A stretch of DNA of 35,240 nt from sequence record DRR723986_9304. One strand, 5' to 3'. The first letter of the stretch is position 1. Each line of letters starts with the position of its first letter. This document shows, piece after piece, positions 10,159-18,295 of this stretch. Under the pieces are notes generated by a model, which searched no databases, was not told where the DNA came from, and was given only the letters and a program-made list of their open reading frames with translations. A program made the translations under genes and the position numbers.

Positions 10159-10899
10159 TCAAGCTCCGGCAAGCGACGAAGCTTCGAAGGGAGTCGACTG
10201 GAGACCCACGCGTCCAGCGATTCCACGCAGCGTCTCTTTCGTTTCGTGAAGCGATGGTGCCACGAAACCGGTCCTTGTTCGACGGCAAAGCCGCCGGAGC
10301 GCTTCGCCCGGTCGCTTGGTTCGATCCAAGCTGGATGCAGTCGTTTGCGTTCGGCTCGCGATAGCCACAGGTGCAATTTCTCGCTCCGACAATGGCGCGG
10401 ACTCGCCAGCAACTGGCATCGCGAATTCGTTCTCGTCCGTGGCCCTTTCAATCTCTTCTCCAGCAGCCATGACGGCGGTGTTCAGCAGTCGGCAATCCAC
10501 ATCATGGAAGTCAAGCGCGACAGCGACACGTTTCCACAGATCGGCGTTCCGGACCGGTTTCTGAACACCAAATCGCTCCCAAGTGTAGCCGGTTTCTCGC
10601 CAATTGGAGAGCCCGAATCGCAGTCCCCGATTGACATATCTGCTTGTGGTGACAAGGTTTACCCTACTGGGGCCCTCAAGGGCTTCCAGGCCCCTTACGA
10701 CGCACAACAGGCTGAGTCGGTCGGCGCTGGGAACCGACTCTGTGTCGACAGCTTCCAGCTTTTCATTGGGCCGGTCGATCCGTTCAAGCACGAAATGCCA
10801 GCGACCACGCAAGGTGCCGTGCGCCTGGCGAGTAGCTTCGTTCTGAGCAATCAGACTCGAATTGCAGAAGAGCAAATAGGCCGGATTCGGTGCAATCAT
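10159..10899 (-). CDS. RNase HI-like protein lacking catalytic acidic residues, with disordered C-terminal tail
   Basis: RGLEAL..PSRVNLVTTSRYV..G...W...G..W......PVRNADLW follows the RNase HI core; GGAG RBS before ATG 10899. Confidence 0.85.
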   Translation of the reverse strand: MIAPNPAYLLFCNSSLIAQNEATRQAHGTLRGRWHFVLERIDRPNEKLEAVDTESVPSADRLSLLCVVRGLEALEGPSRVNLVTTSRYVNRGLRFGLSNWRETGYTWERFGVQKPVRNADLWKRVAVALDFHDVDCRLLNTAVMAAGEEIERATDENEFAMPVAGESAPLSEREIAPVAIASRTQTTASSLDRTKRPGEALRRLCRRTRTGFVAPSLHETKETLRGIAGRVGLQSTPFEASSLAGA

Positions 10900-10974
10900 T
10901 GTTGTGGACTCCGCACTGCTTGAAGTAGCCCTCAGCACACAAGTTTGTCTTGCGTTGTGAGAGGTATCTGTAGC

Positions 10975-11146
10975 AAAAAAAGTGCCCGTCCATGTGCACC
11001 TGTTCAGGTTTCGAGGGCAGCGATCGCTCGCCGACCATGTTGGCTTACCACAAGACATGTTGACCGCGGAAAAGCCAGGCTCTCTATCTGAGCCCCTCGG
11101 ATGCGACCCATATTTCGGATCGTAAGACGGATATTCGGACGGTCAC
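10975..11146 (-). ncRNA. Candidate structured RNA (multi-helix junction with U7 tail), family unknown
   Basis: Closing stem GUGACCGUCC/GGACGGGCAC followed by U7; internal stems CGAGGG/CCCUCG, UGGCUU/AAGCCA, GCUC/GAGC and CGGCGA-GCGA-UCGCUG; G-U pairs favour the minus strand. Confidence 0.6.
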
Positions 11147-11301
11147 GAACTCCAGGTGAACCCAAAACCGAACGCAAAGTCTAGGCGACCGGCACAGCTT
11201 GCCTGTTGATCAGACTTTGACGATTTTTGCGACAACGAACCATCAAAGCGGCTACGTGCGACGAGCCACCTGCCGAGAAATCGCTGTTCAAGGCACCGTC
11301 T

Positions 11302-11335
11302 TCGACAAGCCCGCCTACGTCGACAAGCCCGCCTA
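11302..11335. repeat. 18-bp tandem direct repeat, ~2 copies (TCGACAAGCCCGCCTA)
   Basis: Identical 16-mers at 11302 and 11320. Confidence 0.85.
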
Positions 11336-11572
11336 ACATTCGCCGTAGCGTCGGATCTGTCCCGTCGATCCGCCTGCCTGACGACGCGGCTGTGGAACTC
11401 GCCCTAAATCACCCAGCCTCTGCAGTGTGTGGGTGTGATGATGGCTAGCAATGATTGCACTTGGCTTTTGTTCTTCGGCTGACCTATAAGCGACCTTGAA
11501 AGTCTCTTGGAGGTGACGGGCGAGGTACGCGCGGTCCGGAGACGCTGATTTCGTTGGCTGAGCGAGCTGGAT

Positions 11573-14500
11573 TTGCGAGTGTCAACAGCCCCAGGGCTAG
11601 GCAACAACGAACTCCATCGAACCTCACGCTTCGAGCGTGCTGCGTTAATCGCTGCGCGCCGCCTGAATCAACTCACTGCGACAATTGCCGGCATTTCGGC
11701 CGTAATGGTGGCAGTCTTCTTGCAACCGCACAGTGCCAGTGCTGCAGAGATTGCTCTGCCGCAAATCGACCCGCTGCACACGATACGCGTAGAAAGTGAA
11801 ACTTGGGCGAAGGCTGATCGCGGTGCTTACGAAGTTCTTGTCTTCTTTGGTGGCTGTAAACTCACTCAAGGAGAACTGACGGCCCACGCGAGCCGCATCA
11901 CCATGTGGATCGATCGAGAATCGTTCACCAGCGGTGGTAGTCTGGCGAGTTCCAAGACGCTGCCAGGCAAGGCGATCGTGCTGCTCGAGGGCGGTGCTCA
12001 TTTGCAGTGGTCCGGCGGTAAGTCTCTTCGAGATCATCGTTGGATGGGACGATTGTTTAGCCTCCGACCCGTTGCGTGTGTCGGAACCCAGGTGGATCGA
12101 AACGATTTGCCCAATGCGAGCGACATCCCACGACTCAACTGGTCGCTGGCCAGTCCTGCTGGCGTCACGACGGCTCAATTCTTGAGCAATATGCGTTCAG
12201 GCGTCGTGACCGCATCTGGACAAGTATCAGCACCGCCGCTGCTGGGGACAGCTCAAGGCCCGGCGACGAACGCTACAACAAACTACGGGGCTAACGCTGC
12301 ACCTCGGACGCCAAATGCAGTGCAATGGAACCCGCAGAGCGGCTCGGAGCCACCTCGGAATCGTTATCTAGATCCTAGCCAACCGGCTGGACCAGTCGCT
12401 CGGCCACCAAGCCGCGGCACTTCGGGCAGCGTTCGCAACAGTGAAGCTTTCCCACAGTCGGGCATTGTCATTCCACAAGACGGCTCGCAGCCTTATCCAG
12501 CAAATCAGCCTCCTGCAGCACTGCAAAATGCACCACGACAAATCGGAGCACCGGAAGAAATCTCACCTCTGAGTGGTCAGCCAGCTTACTCTGGATCTGG
12601 GGCCGGAACGCTTCCCCAGGATATCGCGAGCGGGTACTACCCGGGCTTGGATCCGCAGACGGTAATGCAAGTTCCTGCACCGCAACCAAGCGTACGTTCG
12701 GTCATTTTCTCAGGCCGTGATAGCCAACGGCCTTTGCAGGTAGGCACGGACTACGATGAAGTGGCGGATGAAACCATCTTCCAAGTCATCGGCGGCTTTC
12801 GCGTCGCAGCAAGCGGCGTCAGGATACCTCAAGCGGACGGTACCTTCTACGAAGCGGGCGCCGTCTCTTTGGAGGCCGACAGTGCGGTTGTTTGGCAGCG
12901 GGGCAAAGCCAGCTTTGGCGACTTGAGCTCGTCGCCGGATCGTCCGCTGGAACTCTACCTGGAAGGCAACATTGTCTTCTCGCAAGGCAACCGTGTGATC
13001 TACGCGGATCGCATGTACTACAACTTGGAAAGTGAATACGGCACCATTCTCGGAGCTGAAGTTCTTACGCCTGCCCCGCAATTCCAAGGGCTCGTTCGGT
13101 TGAAGGCTGACGTACTGCAGCAGTTGAGCAGTCAACGCCTGATGGCTTACGGAGCCGCCGTCACCAGCAGCCGTATGGGCGTTCCACGGTATTGGCTGCA
13201 AGCTGACGAAGTGGAATTATCCGACGGACGCAGCCAGCAAGAAGCCGAAGGGTTGATCAGTCGCGTACCGCAAGCAGAGACGAACATGCGTGCTCGGTCG
13301 CGAAACAACTTCATTTACGTCGGTGGAATCCCCATCTTCTACTGGCCAACGTTCTCCACCGATTTGAGGCGCTCGGACCTGTACGTTTCCAGCGTGAGAT
13401 TCGGAAATGACAATATCTTCGGAACACAAATTTATGCCACCTGGGACGTGTTCCACATTCTAGGAATGGAGCCGCCGCTTGGCACCACGCTAAAACTTTC
13501 AACGGACTATCTTTCCGATCGCGGACCTGCGGTCGGATTACGGTACGACTACAACCGCGAAACACTCCTGTTCGGCGTACCGGCAATTGGCTTCACTGAC
13601 CTTTGGTTCATCAGAGACTCAGGGCTCGACCAACTGGGAACGGACCGCAACCTGCTCACTCCGGAGGAAGAAACACGTGGCCGAGTTCATTCGCGACACC
13701 GATTCTTCCCAGCGCAAAACTGGGTGGCGATGCTTGAAACTGGTTGGATCTCTGACCGCAATTTTCTCGAGCAGTACTTTGAAAACGAATGGGAGCAGCA
13801 AAAGGACTTTGACACCGCCGCTCGCCTTCGCCGCAATTCTGGCAATCGCCAGCTCGATATTTACGCGTCGTGGCGTGTGAATGAATTCTTTACCGAGACG
13901 GAATCACTGCCAAGAATCGATCACCATATCTTGGGGCAAGATCTATTCTCGCAGCTAGTGACTTGGAGTGCCAAAACAAGCCTCAGCTACTCACATCAGC
14001 GTCCTGCTACAACTCCGACCGATCCAACGGACGCGGCAAAATTTGCGTTGAGGGACTGGGAATCTGATAGCGAAGGCGGCAGGTTCATCACCCGCCAGGA
14101 GCTGAGTCTTCCCGTCGACCTTGGGGCATTGAAGGTCGTCCCATTCCTTTCCGGTGAAGCTGGCTTTTGGAACGAAGACATCAATGGCGACGACGTCAGC
14201 CGACTCGTCGGACAAGCTGGCATTAGGGCGTCGATGCCAATGTGGAAGGTGTATCCGAACATTGAAAACCGGCTTCTCGACCTTCGCGGCATTGCGCACA
14301 AAGCAACCTTCGAGACTGAGTTGTTTTACGCTGATGCAAGCGAGGACTTGGACCGATTCCCGCTCTACGATCGCCTGGACGACAACTCGCAAGAGCACTT
14401 CCAAAGAAGGCTCATATTCAACACATTCGGCGGCGTACTGCCGCCGGAGTTTGATCAACGGACTAACGCTGTTCGAAGCGGGATGCAGCGCTGGGTTACG

Positions 14501-15133
14501 GCTGGCAGCAGTGAGATCGCTGAAGATCTAACTCAGGTGCGTTTTGGCGTAAATCAACGCTGGCAAACGAAGCGTGGTTTGGCAGGACGTGAGAGAATTG
14601 TAGATGTCGTTGCACTCGACGTTGACTTCACGGTCTTTCCGGACGCCGATCGAGACAACTTTGGCGAAGAAGTGGGCGTCATCGACTACGATTTCCGCTA
14701 CCACGTCGGTGACCGGCTGACGGTGCTTTCCGATGGATACTTCGACGTCTTTTCGCAAGGCCTGAAGACCGTTTCCCTGGGGGCCTTGATCAGCCGCCCG
14801 GGCAGAGGTGATGCGTATATCGGCATGCTCAGTATTGAAGGGCCAATCAGTGCAAACGTTTTGAATGGCTACACCAACTATCGCTTGGGTGATAAGTGGA
14901 TTCTGCGTGGCGGGGCTGCATTCGACTTCGGTGAAACGGGTAGTATCGGCCAGTCGCTTGGTTTGACTCGCATCGGTGAGTCCGCGTTGATCAATGTTGG
15001 AGTCAACATCGACCATGGCCGCGACAACGTCTCGTTCACCTTCGGCATCGAACCTCGCTTCTTCCAGCAAGGTGTGCTTGGAGCGATCGGTGGTGAGCTC
15101 ATTCCTCCTGCGGGCTATCGCGGCATCGAATAA
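11573..15133 (+). CDS. lptD: LPS-assembly outer-membrane protein LptD (OstA/Imp), extended form
   Basis: OstA-like ELYLEGNIVFSQGNRVIYADRMYYN and GGIPIFYWP, SDRNFLEQYF, amphipathic beta-barrel C-terminus; start uncertain. Confidence 0.85.
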   Translation: MRVSTAPGLGNNELHRTSRFERAALIAARRLNQLTATIAGISAVMVAVFLQPHSASAAEIALPQIDPLHTIRVESETWAKADRGAYEVLVFFGGCKLTQGELTAHASRITMWIDRESFTSGGSLASSKTLPGKAIVLLEGGAHLQWSGGKSLRDHRWMGRLFSLRPVACVGTQVDRNDLPNASDIPRLNWSLASPAGVTTAQFLSNMRSGVVTASGQVSAPPLLGTAQGPATNATTNYGANAAPRTPNAVQWNPQSGSEPPRNRYLDPSQPAGPVARPPSRGTSGSVRNSEAFPQSGIVIPQDGSQPYPANQPPAALQNAPRQIGAPEEISPLSGQPAYSGSGAGTLPQDIASGYYPGLDPQTVMQVPAPQPSVRSVIFSGRDSQRPLQVGTDYDEVADETIFQVIGGFRVAASGVRIPQADGTFYEAGAVSLEADSAVVWQRGKASFGDLSSSPDRPLELYLEGNIVFSQGNRVIYADRMYYNLESEYGTILGAEVLTPAPQFQGLVRLKADVLQQLSSQRLMAYGAAVTSSRMGVPRYWLQADEVELSDGRSQQEAEGLISRVPQAETNMRARSRNNFIYVGGIPIFYWPTFSTDLRRSDLYVSSVRFGNDNIFGTQIYATWDVFHILGMEPPLGTTLKLSTDYLSDRGPAVGLRYDYNRETLLFGVPAIGFTDLWFIRDSGLDQLGTDRNLLTPEEETRGRVHSRHRFFPAQNWVAMLETGWISDRNFLEQYFENEWEQQKDFDTAARLRRNSGNRQLDIYASWRVNEFFTETESLPRIDHHILGQDLFSQLVTWSAKTSLSYSHQRPATTPTDPTDAAKFALRDWESDSEGGRFITRQELSLPVDLGALKVVPFLSGEAGFWNEDINGDDVSRLVGQAGIRASMPMWKVYPNIENRLLDLRGIAHKATFETELFYADASEDLDRFPLYDRLDDNSQEHFQRRLIFNTFGGVLPPEFDQRTNAVRSGMQRWVTAGSSEIAEDLTQVRFGVNQRWQTKRGLAGRERIVDVVALDVDFTVFPDADRDNFGEEVGVIDYDFRYHVGDRLTVLSDGYFDVFSQGLKTVSLGALISRPGRGDAYIGMLSIEGPISANVLNGYTNYRLGDKWILRGGAAFDFGETGSIGQSLGLTRIGESALINVGVNIDHGRDNVSFTFGIEPRFFQQGVLGAIGGELIPPAGYRGIE

Positions 15134-15484
15134 CGCCAGTTGCACTTCACGCCTCAGAAAGCTTTCGTGTGCAACCAATGACACTCCGACTCCCCGCCCT
15201 TTCTGGGGGCTTCGAGAAGCACAGTCTCCGTGTGTCGGCTGTAAATTGCAGCCGCAAAACGCTTTCGTAACAGACGCGAAGACTAAGCTGCTTGAGAGCC
15301 TGGGCAGCTAACGATTGCTTAAGGCTGGCGTTTTTGGTCGCCGGACCGGTCGCAAGCGATTTTGCATGGGCTAAACTGGTGCAATAGGTGGCAACAGCGT
15401 ATGGGTTACGGGCGATCGAAGCTTGGCAGCCCACTGAGTCGGACGCACTAGGTACAGGGATGTCAGGTTTCAACAGAGTTTAGA

Positions 15485-16180
15485 TTGGTAGATCACGCAG
15501 CCCAAGGCAGGAAATCTGCTCAGACCGACCCCGACGTTGCGCTGATGTTGCAAGTCAAGGAGGACGATGCGCATGCATTTCGCGAACTGGTCATCCAGTA
15601 TGAACCTCGCTTGCGACGCATCTTAAAGCATATCGTTGGGTCTGATTCTTCTGCTGAAGACCTTGTGCAGGACGTTTTCATGCGGGTCTGGCGAGCTCGA
15701 AAACGCTACGAGCCGGCTGCAAAGTTCTCGACTTGGCTCTTCCATATTGCTCACAACGTGGCCAGCAACGCGCTCCGCGATCGACGTCGCCGCCGAGAGT
15801 ACCAGACGAGCGAGAATCAGAACGATTCCGGCTCCTTCGGCCTCAACGAGATGGCGATGGATTCAACCGGCGTGATCCCCGTCCGGCGACTGGACAAAGT
15901 CGAGCGAGCGGAGATGGTTCGCTACGCTATTGAAGCCCTCAATGAACGCCAGAGAATGGCTTTGATGCTGAGCCGGTTCGAGGGGCTGAGTTACCAAGAA
16001 ATCGCCGACACGATGGAGCTGACGGTGCAAGCGGTGAAGAGCCTGTTGAGCCGAGCGCGAGTCAATTTGAAAACGTTGCTGCAGCCCTACTTGGCCGATG
16101 GCATGCTACCAGGTGCCCCACAACAGCCAGGCGATCCCTCCGGCGGTGTAGAATCCACGGATCAGGAGGAACAAAAATGA
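15485..16180 (+). CDS. ECF RNA polymerase sigma-70 factor
   Basis: Region 2 AEDLVQDVFMRVW...KFSTWLFHIAHN; region 4 ALNERQRMALML...SYQEIA...AVKSLLSRAR. Confidence 0.96.
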   Translation: MVDHAAQGRKSAQTDPDVALMLQVKEDDAHAFRELVIQYEPRLRRILKHIVGSDSSAEDLVQDVFMRVWRARKRYEPAAKFSTWLFHIAHNVASNALRDRRRRREYQTSENQNDSGSFGLNEMAMDSTGVIPVRRLDKVERAEMVRYAIEALNERQRMALMLSRFEGLSYQEIADTMELTVQAVKSLLSRARVNLKTLLQPYLADGMLPGAPQQPGDPSGGVESTDQEEQK

Positions 16181-16416
16181 CCGCGTGGTGTTTGATCCAG
16201 TGGTGCTGTGGCCTGGTGGCAGGGCATGGCCGAGCAGCAGGACAACTAGCCGCAGGGCAACTAGTGCCCGGCAACAACGTGCTCGTCGCGCAAAGCGATG
16301 CGATGGAAATGGAATCCGCGTTCCGCCCTGCTAGCCCGGCCGATCAACGGCGCAGATGGCAAGCTCACGGTGAATTTGCTTTTGACGCCAGTCGTAGGAG
16401 TCCACTGTGGAAATAG
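16177..16416 (+). CDS. Possible small protein translationally coupled to the sigma gene
   Basis: ATGA overlap with the sigma stop; GGAGG 7 nt upstream; internal AAGQL x2 repeat differs only at synonymous third positions. Confidence 0.4.
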   Translation: MTAWCLIQWCCGLVAGHGRAAGQLAAGQLVPGNNVLVAQSDAMEMESAFRPASPADQRRRWQAHGEFAFDASRRSPLWK

Positions 16417-17651
16417 ACGACGAAAACTTGGTCGCATTTCTCGATGGCGAACTCTCGGCCGAAGAGGCCAAGGAAATCGAAAACGCCGCCGCGTCCAACG
16501 ACTCGCTCCGCCAACGCATCAAGCAGCTTAACCAGAGCTGGGCGATGCTAGACGAGCTACCGGGCGAAAAACTGAATCGAGACGTGGCCCAGTCGACAAT
16601 AGAAATGGTGTCACTGGCCATTGAAGATGATCAACTTTCGGGAGCACGCAAGCGACGAGTGTTAGGGCTGGTGGCAATGGTGGCACTTGCCATGTGTGCA
16701 CTCGGCGCCGGAGCGGGAGCCACACGGGCACTTTCCTACTCCCAGGAGCAAAAGCAGCTTCGCGAGCTTCACATCGTGGTCGCCTCCGAACGACTGAGAA
16801 AGATCCCGTCCCCCGAGTTCCTTGAGATGCTGGCCGGAGTTGATCTGCTGATGAACGCTCCTGGACCAGGATTCCAGCCGGTCGATCAAGCAGCAGTTCG
16901 CGTCTTTCAGACCAGTGACATGAGCGAACGGAAGGCGTGGATCGAGAATCTGGAGCCGCAGGAAAAGCAGCTCCTGGCCGAAAAGTACGACAACTACAAC
17001 AAGTCGAGTGCAGCGAAACGGAAAGCGGCCCAAGAACTTGCTACCTATGTCATGCAGCAAGGGGATCGACGCAGCCAGTTGTTTCGAGCTGCCAACGCTT
17101 ACTACTACTTGGCTCAGAACGCTCAGTTCGAACAGGCCATGGCGGGAGCGATTCGCAACGGCGACCAGCAAGAGCAGCTTGAGCTGATCGTTGAAGAACT
17201 GGCGTACAACTACCAACTTTCCGAAATCGACATCGATACCATTCTGCGTTGGGCTGAATTCTGGGCCGCTGAATCCCAAGTAGCCTATGCATTCCGCGAC
17301 GCCGGACTCGACCTGCAGCTCGACCAGCTCGTATTCCACAATTTGGATCTGCCCGAAGAATCATCTAACATCACCGCCGCTGATATTGATTGGCTGATGG
17401 ACGATCTTCAAGGCTACAGCCACGACCTTCTGGCCGCACTGCCCAGCGGGCTCCGACGCGACGTTGTGTCCAAATGGTTTGCGGACGCGTCGCTGGACAC
17501 AGTGAACGTCGACGCAATGCTAAAAGAACGGTTCAGCGAACTGCCACGCAACAAGAAAAGCGAAGTTCTCTTGCTACCGCTGGAGACAGCCCAAGAGCAA
17601 CTCACTGCACCACCCGTCATGCCAACTGGCAGGGCGGAATCGGCCCGATAG
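16407..17651 (+). CDS. Membrane-anchored anti-sigma factor
   Basis: ENLVAFLDGELS..E..EIE anti-sigma domain (no HxxxCxxC), one TM helix (VLGLVAMVALAMCALGAGAG), helical extracytoplasmic part; AGGAG RBS at 16396-16400. Confidence 0.88.
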   Translation: MEIDDENLVAFLDGELSAEEAKEIENAAASNDSLRQRIKQLNQSWAMLDELPGEKLNRDVAQSTIEMVSLAIEDDQLSGARKRRVLGLVAMVALAMCALGAGAGATRALSYSQEQKQLRELHIVVASERLRKIPSPEFLEMLAGVDLLMNAPGPGFQPVDQAAVRVFQTSDMSERKAWIENLEPQEKQLLAEKYDNYNKSSAAKRKAAQELATYVMQQGDRRSQLFRAANAYYYLAQNAQFEQAMAGAIRNGDQQEQLELIVEELAYNYQLSEIDIDTILRWAEFWAAESQVAYAFRDAGLDLQLDQLVFHNLDLPEESSNITAADIDWLMDDLQGYSHDLLAALPSGLRRDVVSKWFADASLDTVNVDAMLKERFSELPRNKKSEVLLLPLETAQEQLTAPPVMPTGRAESAR

Positions 17652-17692
17652 GCGTGCGTCTTGCCGCCCTTGGGTTGCCGCCATTGCAGTGC

Positions 17693-17724
17693 AAGCCGGA
17701 CAGCCAGGCAGCCGGACAGCCAAG
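17693..17724. repeat. 8-bp imperfect tandem repeat x4
   Basis: aagccgga cagccagg cagccgga cagccaag. Confidence 0.75.
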
Positions 17725-17782
17725 TTACGCTTCCAGGCTTACTGGCAAGGTCTCAGATTGCCAATGGTCTCAGTTCGCGCAC

Positions 17783-17816
17783 AAAAAAAGGCGGAACACG
17801 TTGTGCTCCGCCTTTT
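17783..17816 (-). terminator. Rho-independent terminator, probably bidirectional
   Basis: Minus strand AAAAGGCGGAGCAC-AAC-GTGTTCCGCCTTTTTTT, between convergent genes; T4 follows on the plus strand. Confidence 0.9.
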
Positions 17817-17878
17817 GGGTACATCAGTTTGCAAGGATGTCAGGTGTGGCGGCCATGATCTCTGCAAGGTTTAGAGGT

Positions 17879-18295
17879 CTAAAACACGTCCAAGATGAAG
17901 TGGTGTCCCCAGTGGTACCGGCGCGAACTTGGGTAATAGTTGTGCCAGTGGCGGTTGTATACTGGGATCTGCATTTCTGGCGGATAGCGGTAGTAAAGGC
18001 TATCGCTACTCTTGTAGTACTCGCTGCCTCGGAAGTTCTGTGGGTAGAACACGTAAGGGTAGTGATTGAATCGTGCGTTGTCGCGATTACTGGCCGCCCC
18101 ACCCCAACTTCGGCCGTAAGCCATTGCCTGTGGAGTCGCGCCGTAGCCAGGAGCTGCGGTGGCGTAGTTCTGGCTGTAGGAAGCCATTTCAACTTTGGTG
18201 TCCGATGGACTGGCCGCTGGTGTTTGAGCGGATGCGGAGCCAGCGAGAGCGAAAACGCCGGCCAGCGCAAAAGAAAGTGAGAGCTTGTGGATCAT
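17879..18295 (-). CDS. Small secreted Tyr/His-rich protein of unknown function
   Basis: Signal peptide ending ASA-Q; aromatic C-terminal half (HYPYVFYPQNF...YYRYPPEMQIPVYN...YHWGHHFILDVF); followed by a terminator. Confidence 0.85.
   Translation of the reverse strand: MIHKLSLSFALAGVFALAGSASAQTPAASPSDTKVEMASYSQNYATAAPGYGATPQAMAYGRSWGGAASNRDNARFNHYPYVFYPQNFRGSEYYKSSDSLYYRYPPEMQIPVYNRHWHNYYPSSRRYHWGHHFILDVF

Noticed and set aside
10111-10923. 270-aa plus-strand ORF
   Set aside because: Antisense shadow of the RNase H-like gene; Arg/Ser-rich with no motifs.
10975-11146. Assignment of the structured RNA as a TPP, SAM-I or c-di-AMP riboswitch, or 6S RNA
   Set aside because: CCCUCGAAACCUGA resembles TPP, but CUGAGA and the 3' GCG-AGGGA are missing. 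SAM-I and ydaO consensus blocks are absent. The branched fold differs from a 6S rod, although 6S cannot be excluded without cmscan.
11302-11335. CRISPR array
   Set aside because: Only two adjacent short copies, no spacers and no cas genes.
17390-18280. 296-aa plus-strand ORF
   Set aside because: Crosses a terminator and overlaps two better-supported genes.
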